DNA of 64,000 bases from Podarcis tiliguerta. Taxonomy: Eukaryota. The notes under the pieces were generated by a model that was given only the letters and a program-made list of their open reading frames with translations, was not told the origin of the DNA and did no database searches. The stretch's first letter is position 1. Each line of letters starts with the position of its first letter. Positions 39,001 to 51,000 of this stretch are shown here, piece after piece. The translations under genes and the position numbers were made by a program. The stretch lies in assembly GCA_965153285.1 (NCBI GenBank), contig OZ229115.1. One strand, written 5' to 3'.

Positions 39001-42000
39001 GCCCTGAAAAGCTAGCACCTCTATGAGGCTGCAGATCTTTGGCTATTGCTGGGTCTCCATGCTCTTGACAGCAATTTTCTAAGCATTTTCTGTTGGTCAA
39101 TTTGTTTCTTTCGCAAAGAGACCAAGCAGGCTGCGTGAATGCCTTTCAATTGGCCCGGTGCCTGCTGGCAAGACACCATCATGAGACAGGTTACAGAAAA
39201 GATGGGGAGCCTGTGATGTTCCAGATGTTGGACTCTCCACTCCCATGAGCTCCAGCCAGTGCGGTTGATGGTTGATGGTCAGGGGATGACGGAAGTTACA
39301 GACCAGCAGCATATGGAGGGCCACAGGTTTCCCATCACTGGGTTACATTTGCCTTATCCATTGGAGTGTCCTTATTTCCTGACATTGGTCCAGTAGCAGT
39401 GTTCTAAGCAAATTCATTGTTGCAAAGAAACTCCACAGAAGTACATTATCTGGAGCGGAGTTGAGAGAGATGGCAGCAACAGTTTCTGAAGCTGAAACAG
39501 CTGCTTTGTTTGGGCAGCATTTTGAGAGACAGGCCACGAGCCTTTTAAATCAGGCACCTACTCTCCGGGACCCTTGGATGGAATTTGGCTGTGAGAAACT
39601 CTTTTTCCAATGTACAACCCTTGGGGAATGCTCCGTCTGTTAGGATTTTCTGCTGTAGTCTCCTTTTTAGGCTGTAGGAAGCCTTAATGTTATCAGCACT
39701 CTCATTCCTGCCACTGCTGTCTTTTCATTCCCTGTAGCTGGAAGTGGATCTATTGAAAGCTGAGAACGACCGGCTGAAGGTGGTCCCTGGGCCCTCGTCT
39801 GTGCCAAGCTCCATCCCAAGTCATGTCTTGAGCTCATCTGCCGCCTCTTCCCCAAGGCGCTCTCTTGGGCTCCAGCTCACTCACCCTTTCAGTCCCAGTT
39901 TGACTGATACAGGTATGAAACAGACAGAGTCACATAGAGAAAGGCTGAAGAGCTTTTAATACTAGTTCATTTGCTGTTGCAAAATCTCTGCTTCTGTTTT
40001 TTCAAGATATTTTCTTTGTGAAACAGGGATGGGAAAGAGAGGTGAGGAGGAAGATTTGAGATCATCTTTGGATGGGTTGTGGGGGCAGTGGCCCAGTTGT
40101 GCCTTGCATCAGGAATTTGGAGAACGGGAACCCTTTTCAATATACTTGCAGAAACAACAACAAAATGGGATTCGTTGGCAGGATTTAAATATACATTTAC
40201 AACTTTATTTACAGAGAACAAGATATATATTTAGTGAGAACAGAACATTATGCATAAACAGCAGAATGTAACATTTGATGTAACAAACCAGAAATGGAAG
40301 TTGGGGGAAGTCAACAGGGAGGGGGGAAAGCAGAAAATGGATGCTAAATGAGACATTGAATAATTGTTATGAGAAAAGAAAATCAGTAAAAATTATTTTT
40401 TTTAAAAAACAAACAATAATGGCACCCACACACACACAAAAAGGAATTTGGTTACAGTGACATTTGGTCACATACTACAAATACTATGTTGATGCCATTG
40501 CTTTATTGACAACTTAGTGGGAGAACCTACAAGGGGGTGAGACTAGGTCCAGGGCAAGAGAAGAGATGCTGGACTGAAGACTAACAGGAGGTAGTTCTTG
40601 TGCTGGAGAGAGAGAGAGAAAAGTTGTATCAACCAAACTTGGAGGAGGATGTCCTGGACTGTATAGGGGAACCACTATGGCAGAGTCCAAAAGACACTAA
40701 ACTGTAGGATTATAGCGGAAGGAAATATTTCACTTTGACACATGGGGATTTGTGGCAATACCATCCTATGTCAATGGTTTCTACTTCTGCACAGTGTGTA
40801 TACTTATTTCCCCCTTCTCTAGAGCTTTCGCCGATGGATGGCATCAGTGCTGGCACCCAGAGGGATGAGGTGACACTACGAATTGTAGTGCGCATGCCAC
40901 CTCAGCACATCATCAAAGGGGTAAGCATCAATGGAAAAGTGGGGAGAGGCATTATCCAGCTGCAATGTATGGTGTGAGGACAATTCTGAGTTGATCCAGT
41001 TTCCATTGTAAACTGGTAGCAGCAGATTCCAAATCTCAGCCGCTTTTATATCTTGCTTTTGGCTTCCAGGACCTGAAGCAGCAGGAATTCTATCTGGGCA
41101 GTAGCAAAGTGAGTGGGAAACTGGATTGGAAAATGCTGGATGAAGCCGTCTGTCAGGTCTTCAAGGTGAGATGCTAACAGCAACTTTGTAGTTGTGATAA
41201 CATCTTCAGAAACTTCATTCCACATTTCTGGGGTGCTGAACCAACTTCTACACCTCTTACCCTGTCCTGCATAGCATACATGGTTCTCTTTCCCCTCATT
41301 TTATGCTTGCAGCAACTCTGCAAGGTAGGTAAGGGTAAGGTTATGTAGTGGCTGGCCCAAAGCCATCCAGGAGGAACTCCCTTCTCACAGCCTCTTCTAA
41401 TGACTTCCAGCAACCCGATAAAAACTCTTTGGTTTGCCCAGACATCTGGAGGTTTGTGAGTGAGCGAGTGCCTGTTTCTGTTTTAATTTACTACTAGTGG
41501 TTGTGGTTCTTCTTTTATTTTTGCACTGATTGCTATTTTATTTGGTCGACACATTTCAAGCTACCCCAAGAACTGTGGTTAGTAGTGGATACTTCAGAAT
41601 AAAAGGTTCTAACCAGTCTAGCATCAGGCTTACTCCTGAGGTCTGACCTGAACCAAGCTTCTCCTTGTCTTCACTCAGGACTATGTCACCAAGATGGACC
41701 CTGCTCTCACACTGGGGCTCAGCATTGAGTCTGTCTATGGTTATAGCATCAGCCACATCAAGCGAGTCTTGGACACAGAGCCACCAGAAATGCCGCCTTG
41801 CCGACGGGGTGTGACCAGCATCGCTGTGACATTGAAAGGTACTACCACAGCAATCTTGACACGCATTTATTACCAGTGATATGCCAGGCCACCTCTGCCT
41901 GATCCTTTGGTTCTATCTGGTTCAGTTCCAAGCAGGGTCAAAGGGCGGGGTAGAAAGCAACATGGACCTCTAAATTAGAGAGCCTCTGGAAAGCACTACT

Positions 42001-45000
42001 GAAGTCAGAAGAGGCAGTGGCGAGCTGCTAAATGCAGCACTGGAACCCTGGTCTTCTATAAGTTACTGAACTACAGCTCCCATCATCCCTGGCCACTGGC
42101 CATGCTTGCCTGGGCTGATGGGAGTTGTAGTTCAGCAAACATCCGGTGGGCCAAAGATTCCCCACATCTGCTGTAGGTGAAAACTGAAAGGAATATATAC
42201 TGCAATGTGGCTGCTAAAAATATTGAATGTGATCTTAAAGGTAAATGTAAAGGGACCCCTGACCATTAGGTCCAGTCGTGACCGACTCTGGGGTTGCGGC
42301 ACTCATCTCTCTTTATCGGCCGAGGGAGCCGATGTACAGCTTCCGCGTCATGTGGCCAGCATGACTAAGCTGCTTCTAGCGAACCAGAGCAGCGCATGGA
42401 AATGCCGTTTACCTTCCCGCCAGAGCGGTACCTATTTATCTACTTGCACTTTGATGTGATTTCGAACTGCTAGGTTGGCAGGAGCAGGGAGCAATGGGAG
42501 CTCACCCCGTCACAGGGATTCGAACCGCAGACCTTCTGATCAGCAAGTCCTAGGCTCTGTGGTGTAGTCCACAGGGCCACCCGCGTCCCTTGATGTGATC
42601 TTAGGCGCATGAATAGTGTCCAGATCACAAGAAGTAATAGTTCTGTATCTTAAGTACATACTGTCCAGTTCTGGGCACCACATTGACAAATAGGGGAGCA
42701 TTTCTGGAAGAGAGCAGATAGCATGGTGAGGGATCTGGAAACTTCAGTCTTTTGAGAAGTTGTTGAAAGGGCTGGGTATATGTAGGGTATGAAGATAAAA
42801 AGATATTAATAACTTAAAAAGATATGATTGCAGTCTTCAAATATCTGAGGTGAAGTAAAGGAGGAGCTGCAGCAATTCTTTTTCTCCCTTGCTCCATAGA
42901 GCAGGCAGCAGATTTCAGCTAAACATTAGGAGAAACTTACTAATGGTAACCCCCCCCCCCCACTGAACAGACTGTCTTTGGAGATAGTGGGCTCTCCCTT
43001 TACTGGAGGCTTTTAAGCTGAAGCTGGGATGCTCTCAGTTAGGGCTGCTGTAGCCGTATCCTGCATACAGCAAGGGGCTGAACCGCATGACCTCCTAGGT
43101 CCCTTTTAACTAGGATGGTTAGAAATATTATTCCTGTAGTTCTGATACAGAGTTGAAATAGGAGTGCCGTATCCCATTTCAGACTCTTTATCTAAACCAT
43201 AATTTAGATTATTAGGATCAAACAGCAGTGAACTTTGCACGTTCTCCATCTTTACATCTCTGTATTGAAAAGGAGGAGGAGATATAATTTTCTCCTTAAA
43301 ACACATCCCAGTTCCGTTCTGCTACCAACTGTGGTTTGGTCTAACAAAACTTAGTTAAAACAAACCTCCTGGCTTTCAAACTTTGGTCGGAACCAATCTC
43401 CCAGACCAGAGGGATAGATATCACACTGCTATACATGAAGTAGTAATATATTTACTCAAGAAGAAACAGTGTCCCCACATCATGAAAAGACTGGGGAGGA
43501 TGCTTTTGGAGGAAAGAGCCTACCATGGCGGAAAAGGGAACCGCAAATGTTATTAAAGTCCTGAGTGTGAGAGAGGAGGCCTTTCAACTGCTGCATTCTT
43601 CTACACAGGTTTGAAAGAGAAGTGTGTGGACAGCTTGGTGTTTGAGACCCTTATCCCCAAGCCCATGATGCAGCACTACATAAGCCTTCTGCTCAAGCAC
43701 CGCCGCCTTATCCTTTCTGGGCCAAGTGGAACTGGCAAAACCTACCTAACGAATCGTCTCGCTGAGTATTTGGTGGAGCGCTCAGGCCGCGAAGTCACTG
43801 ATGGCATTGTCAACACTTTCAATATGCACCAGCAGTCATGCAAGGTGTGAAACTCCTTGCCTAGGACTGTCTACTCGGGAATTTCTGCACTTCCGCATTC
43901 TCTGATCCCTAGCACAGCCCTGGTTGATTACCTTCATACCTAAGTCACAGACTCCTTGTAATTTCAGGTGGAAAAACCTTAGGCATACTAGTTGCAATCC
44001 TTGATCCCCCAACACAACACTGTACATATCTACCCAGAACCCTGTGAGTTCAGTAGAACTTGCTCCCTAGTAAGTAGGTATTATGATAGCAGATATAAGA
44101 GGAATTAAACCTGGTGCTAAGCACTTCTTCAGCATGAGCATTTCTGCTTGACTGATGGAATTATCTACCCTCTGCTCCACCCACCCACTGTTCTGTGGGT
44201 TCTCACAATCCCCCTCCCCAGAGCCTTTTTTGGGGGGAGCCCCTTTGTGCTGCAGAAGTCCTTGCATGGTCTTGCACAGACAAGGTTTATCCCTCCCATA
44301 TTCTTCATCACCAGCCTTTAGCCAATTTGGCCCTCCAAACTAGCCCTCCTCAATTCTAAGTCCAGTTCTTAGCCTGGGGAAATCACTATTCCTTATATCC
44401 TTGCATTTCTTCTTATACTAATATGTAGAGTGTGTGTGTGTGTGTGTGTATTCTACATGCTGATGCGGTGACTTCCATTTTGCATCTTTCTTTACCAGGA
44501 CCTACAGCTTTACCTCTCCAATCTGGCCAATCAGATTGATCGGGAAACAGGGATAGATGTGCCATTGGTCATCCTTCTTGATGACCTCAGTGAGCCTGGC
44601 TCTATCAGCGAGCTCGTCAATGGAGCACTCACCTGCAAGTACCACAAATGGTGAGAGACTGGTTTACAGTATTGTTGCATTTGACTCCTACCTCTTAATA
44701 GCAATCTTACACTCGAGGATTACCCTGAAACAGGGGTGACTAACCTTTTCTGGGTCAGGGGCTGCTTTATCTCATGGTCAGCCACCCAGGGGCTGCATGT
44801 TGAAGAGGGTATAGCAAAAGTGGGTGAAGTTGCTTTCCAAAGGACAATCCCAAAGGCCACTAAAACCCTTCTTGGCAGTCCTGGATACTGTGTTCTAACA
44901 TTAGAGCACTGCTGAATCAGGTCAAAGGCATTTATGCTCTACAGCTCACAAGATCTGGCAGATGGTGTGGTGCTGTGGTACCCTGCTGTGTATATGGCTC

Positions 45001-48000
45001 TGCTTATCATGTCGCTCTCAGTGGAGCAGTTGTTGTTGATGATAGGACTTTACTAGTATCTCAGGCCTGCATCATAACTGTCTCTTGATTTCCCTACCAA
45101 GGAAGAGAACTTCTCTGCCCCTTGTTCTATGTCATGGAGTGGCCAAACCATGGCACAATTAATATTACTGTTATTTAATGGGCTTAAATTTTTTGTCACA
45201 AGTGATCTCAAAGCAATTTACATTTAAAAATAGGTCATATCATAAGTCAAGTCACAGGACACAATTCAGATAACATGTAGAAATGTCAGCAGCATCACTA
45301 TTAATAATTAAACCACACCAGCACATGACAGCAGGTTGTGCATGAATGATGCAACAACATGGCTTAAACAAATTGTTTGGATCTCCATGGGATTGGACCT
45401 ACCCACATGTAGTTGAGTCATTTAGATTTTATTTGTTTAGCTTTCAAATATTACATGCCTTCAAGCTCTTGATTTGGTCCCTGGAAGGCAGCGAATGCAC
45501 AGTGAATAAGACAAAATTCATTGGAGTGATATGGATTTTAGCTGTAGCATCCCTGCAGGTTACTGAGCCTGCCTTTTCAGCATTCTTGTGTTGCTGCTCT
45601 CCAGCTCAGCTAGGAGCAAAACCATTCCAAGACCAAGGTGGCCATGTTTGCATTGTACTGTGGATGGGTGGAAAGTGGCCTTGCCAGAAAAGGTTGGCCA
45701 GTACTCTGCCCATCTTTTCTTTGGCCAGGGAGAGAGGTGTGCGCCAAGAATTTCTGGGCCAGGGAAAAAGCTTCAGATGATATTAAGGGCACAGCCAAGT
45801 TTTATTACACATTCAGATTTTTATATTCCACCTTTGTAGGAAAAGTGCATACTGCAGGAAGCTTGCAGAATTCTAGGTTGGATGAGCTGATTCAGCAGAG
45901 CTCTTCTTATGTTCTTAATATCCTAAATATAGGACTGTTGTCATATCAGCTTTTGGCATATGCCTGAATCTCAGCACAGCCCTTGTTCTTATTAGCAAAA
46001 CTTCCCTCCATTTAACTTTTTCTCTCTCCATAGCTCTCTTACAGTGGTCTCTTACAGAGTGGAGGAGGGAATTGATATGAGCAAGAGACATTGCATTAGT
46101 CATAGTCAAAACCACTTCTAGATGTGAGGCAGGCACTGTGTTGAGAGCTGGGGAGTGACAGAGTAAACAGCTTCCAGACATTCCCCCTGTTAGGATACAT
46201 AATCTCTGATAGAGCTACTGTTCTCTCTCCCACCAGCCCCTATATCATCGGGACAACCAACCAGCCTGTGAAGATGACTCCAAATCATGGCCTTCATCTC
46301 AGCTTCAGGTAAGGGCAGCAACGATGATCCCAATGGAGGAGGCAGGATTGTGCTGGGCTTTGAAATAGCATCTCCTCTGTTCCCACCTGACAGTTCCAGA
46401 AGCTGTTATTCTGCTATGGGAAGGACTATCTATAATCCCTATCGTTACTAACCTGGCATCTTAATGCTACAGGATGCTGACATTCTCTAATAACGTGGAG
46501 CCAGCCAATGGCTTCCTGGTGCGCTATCTACGCCGGAAGCTGCTTGAGTCCGACAGCGATGTCAATGCCAACCGGGAGGAGTTGCTGCGTGTGCTGGACT
46601 GGGTGCCCAAGCTCTGGTACCATTTGCACACCTTCCTGGAGAAGCACAGCACCTCTGACTTCCTCATTGGTAAGTGGTGGATTGAGCTGTGCTGGCTGGA
46701 GATACTGTCAGGAACAAGGATTGTCATTCAGGAAACAGGGGAGGGATGTTGAATGTTGTTGTTGTTTCCAGTGGTTAACTAATGGAGGGATTCCAGTGCT
46801 CAAGGCTGCATGAAAGCTACAACCTGTCTTTTGCCATGCTTGCCATTTATTCCTAGTAAACTAGGTGTTTACTTTTCTCCCACCATTGAGCAATGAGTCT
46901 GCATATACTCAGAGGCACCCTCAATTGTTAGTTCAAGTTTGCCATTGCAGAATAATTACTTGATTTCCTTATGTCAGCATAGGACCACTGGCTGCACTGT
47001 GGTTCCACCCGTTTGATAAAGGTAGGAGTCAAAATTTAGGAAGTAGGCAGCTTCCTCTTCAGTTTAATGGTTTTAATTTTCTGGCTCCAATTAAACCCTG
47101 CTTTCTGCTACATGTTTAACAGCCAAATACTAGAAGTTCTCCAGTATTTCAGATGCAGATCAGATCCAAGGTACGGATTGGTCACTAGTTTAGTCATTCC
47201 TTTTGGGTTGTTGGTTCCTCTGTCTGCTTCAGTGCCTTGTTTGATTAACCCTTGGAAAGTGACAGCAATTAGGGAATGTACTGATGTATTGAATTGGTAT
47301 CCTGCTTTTCCTACAAGCAGCTCAGTGTGGCAGTGATGAGGTTGTCCTCACAGTCTTCTGATTAAGTTTGCTAGACTAAGATATAGTGACTTGAACCGGA
47401 CCAGTAAACCTACTGGTGCAAGTCTAGCAATCTATCCAATACACTTCACTGACTTACTGTATCTGGCATAACAGTAATCCTCTGAGGCAAAGAACATTGC
47501 ACGGGATTGGTGTTCTTTCGTGGGCTACTAGCTCACTCTCCCCATTTTCCTTTTCCTTACCAGGTCCCTGTTTCTTCCTGTCATGCCCCATTGGTATTGA
47601 GGATTTCCGGACCTGGTTCATTGATCTGTGGAACAATTCCATCATCCCCTACCTTCAGGAGGGAGCAAAGGATGGGATCAAGGTACATTTACCCACATCC
47701 ACATCCTCACTGGTAATGGTGACTGTGCCCTGCGCCCATTTGCATGGGTGGATTGCTTAGTTAGAAGCTGCTCTGCTCGAAATTGTCCATCATCAAGTAT
47801 CTTGCAGCAAAGCTGTTTCTTCAGATGTCACCCAGCTCCTGCTTGAATGTACTCTGAGCTTCCACCCACCCAAAAGATGGGGGGAAAGTGCATGTATATG
47901 TGGCTTGTTTCTCAGTATTCTTTTGTGCCTATCCCCATTGCAGGTGCATGGGCAGAAAGCTGCCTGGGAAGATCCTGTGGAATGGGTGCGAGACACGTTG

Positions 48001-51000
48001 CCATGGCCATCGGCCCAACAAGACCAGTCAAAGCTCTATCACCTTCCCCCACCCAGTGTGGGGCCCCACAGCACTGTCTCACCCCCAGAGGAACGGAGTG
48101 GCAAGGATACTACACCCAACTCTCTGGAATCAGACCCCTTGGTATGTCTTCAGGCTGCAAAGGGGAACTGCTGCCAAACAAGAGGCTTTTGAAGGCTGGA
48201 TCTCTTTGGCACGAGGGAATTAAGTTGGGACCACAATCCATCTGTTGGATGAGTGGCCAAACTCTTTCTGTGACATGGTAAAGCTTGCCAACCATTGCTT
48301 TGTCACAAGAGTTGTAGCACCTTGGTTACTGGAGCACAGCTCCTTGACACCAGAGGTTGCTGGATCCTACAGTAGGCTGCGTTTCCTGAGGGTTAGGGGC
48401 TTAGCCAAACAAGTACCATACGACAGCTTTCCAATGACTATAAAACAACACTCCTGTGCCAGTTTGCCTTTAGGGGGAAGTAGAAAAGCAGTGAATCTCC
48501 CCTTCTCACTTGGAAATCTCCCCTTCTTAGCTTTTGAACACTGTTCTGTAGAACTGTATGTTCCTACTAATCAGGACCTTGCCCCGCCTTACAAAAGGAT
48601 TTCCTCTGCTTTTCATGTTTGTAGTACCCCCTCAAATAATTCAGTGCATTGTGTTTTTTGCAGTACAGTTTTTGAGGCATAAACAAGCAAGGTTTTCTGC
48701 CTAGCTAAGGAATCTGCATTCTCCCTGCCCTCCCTCAACCAAGCATAGCAATCTCTAGGCCTTCCCTTGATAAGATCCATCGGGAGCCAGGATAGATTTA
48801 TCATATGTATGAGTTGCATACATTGAAACTCGTCCTTGGTGTTCTTTCTCCAATCTCAGAAGTCTGGCTGAGCAGTGTTGAGTTAACCCCTCCACTGGCT
48901 TATATCATTTCTCATATACACAGAGGGGTGGGTGTATTGGAAGCTTCAAACGTGCTGGGAACACCAGAGCCCATTCTAGGTTTCGTCAGCTGCAAGTCTT
49001 CCCATCTCACTGTGCATCCAGCATGTCCAATGTGTCTCACTGTGTGTCCAGCAAAATCCACTGGGACAATTGTATTGTAACAGAACAAAAACTCTTCTCT
49101 GCAGTGCATTGGCGACCTCTGTAGGTTACCAATGCAGCATTGGTGACCTCTTTAGCAAGCATAAACACCCTCCACAAGAGAGAAGAGCCTTAAAATGACT
49201 GTGCTGGGCAGCACTGCAAGGAAGCGGCCACAGGATGGCATGATAAGTGTAAACCAGAGAAAGAAGCTGCCTCTACATACTGAATGAAATAGCTACATGG
49301 GATAGTTTTTAGCTTTGCTGGTGCACGTACACAATGCAGCAATGACAGCATATATTCCTTTGTAAGCCATGAGGGAAACCGCTGCGTAGTATATGAGTAG
49401 TCTTGAAATCTACCACTTGGGAACCACATTCCTAGCAGATTTGTACTTAGGGATATTGGTGCAGCTATGTGTAGGAAATCTAGGATGGGTGATGTTGGGA
49501 ATCTAAGGTGAGATACCCATGCAGTGAAAGTTGCTGCACGCAGAAGCAGCTTAAGGTACAAATAATTTACTGTTGCAGAAGATAAGGCTCAGTAAAACAG
49601 TTCTGGACTTAGATACATACAGGTTGTAGGCTTTTGCAGATACAGATATATACAGATTCATACATGTATAAAGTGTCTCCATTGCTCCAAATAAACTTCA
49701 GCAGTTCAGAACAGGACAAGTGACTTCAACAGACTGATGACTCAAAGACAGTCTTAACAGCAGACTAACAAACACTACTAAGTTGATATGCATTAATCAC
49801 AGATATAGTTGGGTCATTGGGCATTAACATAGCAACTGGGTTGGCTGACCTTATACTTGCGATTAGTTAATCGATGGGTTGACTTACACTCATGAAGAAA
49901 ATTACCCCCTTCCCATGCCTAGTTACTCCAACAGACTGATAATAGGGGAGAGGCTTAGTTTGGGTTTGGACTGTGTTAGCTAGTGTGTGCTCTCGTAACA
50001 TCTCAGTCTGGTCTGGCCTTCTGAAGGCCAAGTTCTGTCTTGGAAGGCATATGCAGTTTTATGGGCTTCTTTCTCCAGGGAGGCTTGCTAGGCACCTATG
50101 TTAATGTGTTTTTTTGGTGCCAGGCAAATATCCTTTTATGTCCTCAAGCATTTAACATCTGATGAGCCTCCAGTATCTGCCTTTATTGCTGTTATTTTAT
50201 GCTTTTCTTTTCTTATTGATTTGTTTTAATGGTTTTGTTGTTCTTAGCTTGTTAACAATGCTTGTTGAACGACAGCATACAAATTTGCAAAGTAAATTCA
50301 ATGCGAGTATGCAACTGATTTGTAGAGGTTGCAGCTATGAATCATCCCACCCACCCCTAATTGGCTTTAATTCATTAGATGTGTTCTTTCTTTTAAGCAT
50401 AGTCCCCACCCTCTGGGGATAACCATCAAAGCCTTCTCACATTATGAAGTTGAATTATTCTCCTCCCTGAACATGGTTATCTACTCACAATCTACTCAGA
50501 AGTAAGGCCCATTAGATTCCATGGGCAGTATCCAACTAATGTGTTCCATCAGCGCAATGAAAGCTTTGCCTGTGTGCCTCCTAAATGTGTTTTAGGAGTT
50601 TCCTCAATCCTCTGGAGCAGATTTGGGGAGCATCCAGGATGGAACGGTGGGTTCCATTTGAAATGATGGAACTCATCAGTTGGATACTGGCCCATCAGAC
50701 TGACTCCTAGGTTGAGTGAGTATAGGGTAACAGCGTGAAACTGTAAACAACACTTTTTTCTCTGTAAGCAGTGCACCTTTAAATAACCATACCAAGTTGT
50801 GTCTGACCTCCTGTATGTAGCAGGACATCTGAACCATTGTCTTCTGCCTTGGGCAGAACATCTCATCTTAACTGAAACACAGATGATAAGTCTTTATCTG
50901 GGTTTACTACCTTGGAATCCTGATCCCCAATTATCCTTTCCATATTCCTCTGGAGTGCTCAACCAGGGTATGGGGTTGCTTGTTCTCAGCATTGCAGACT

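Noticed and set aside
49571-50000. Second solo LTR (TGTTGC...GTAACA)
   Set aside because: No matching TSD (ttac versus tctc); the evidence is insufficient.
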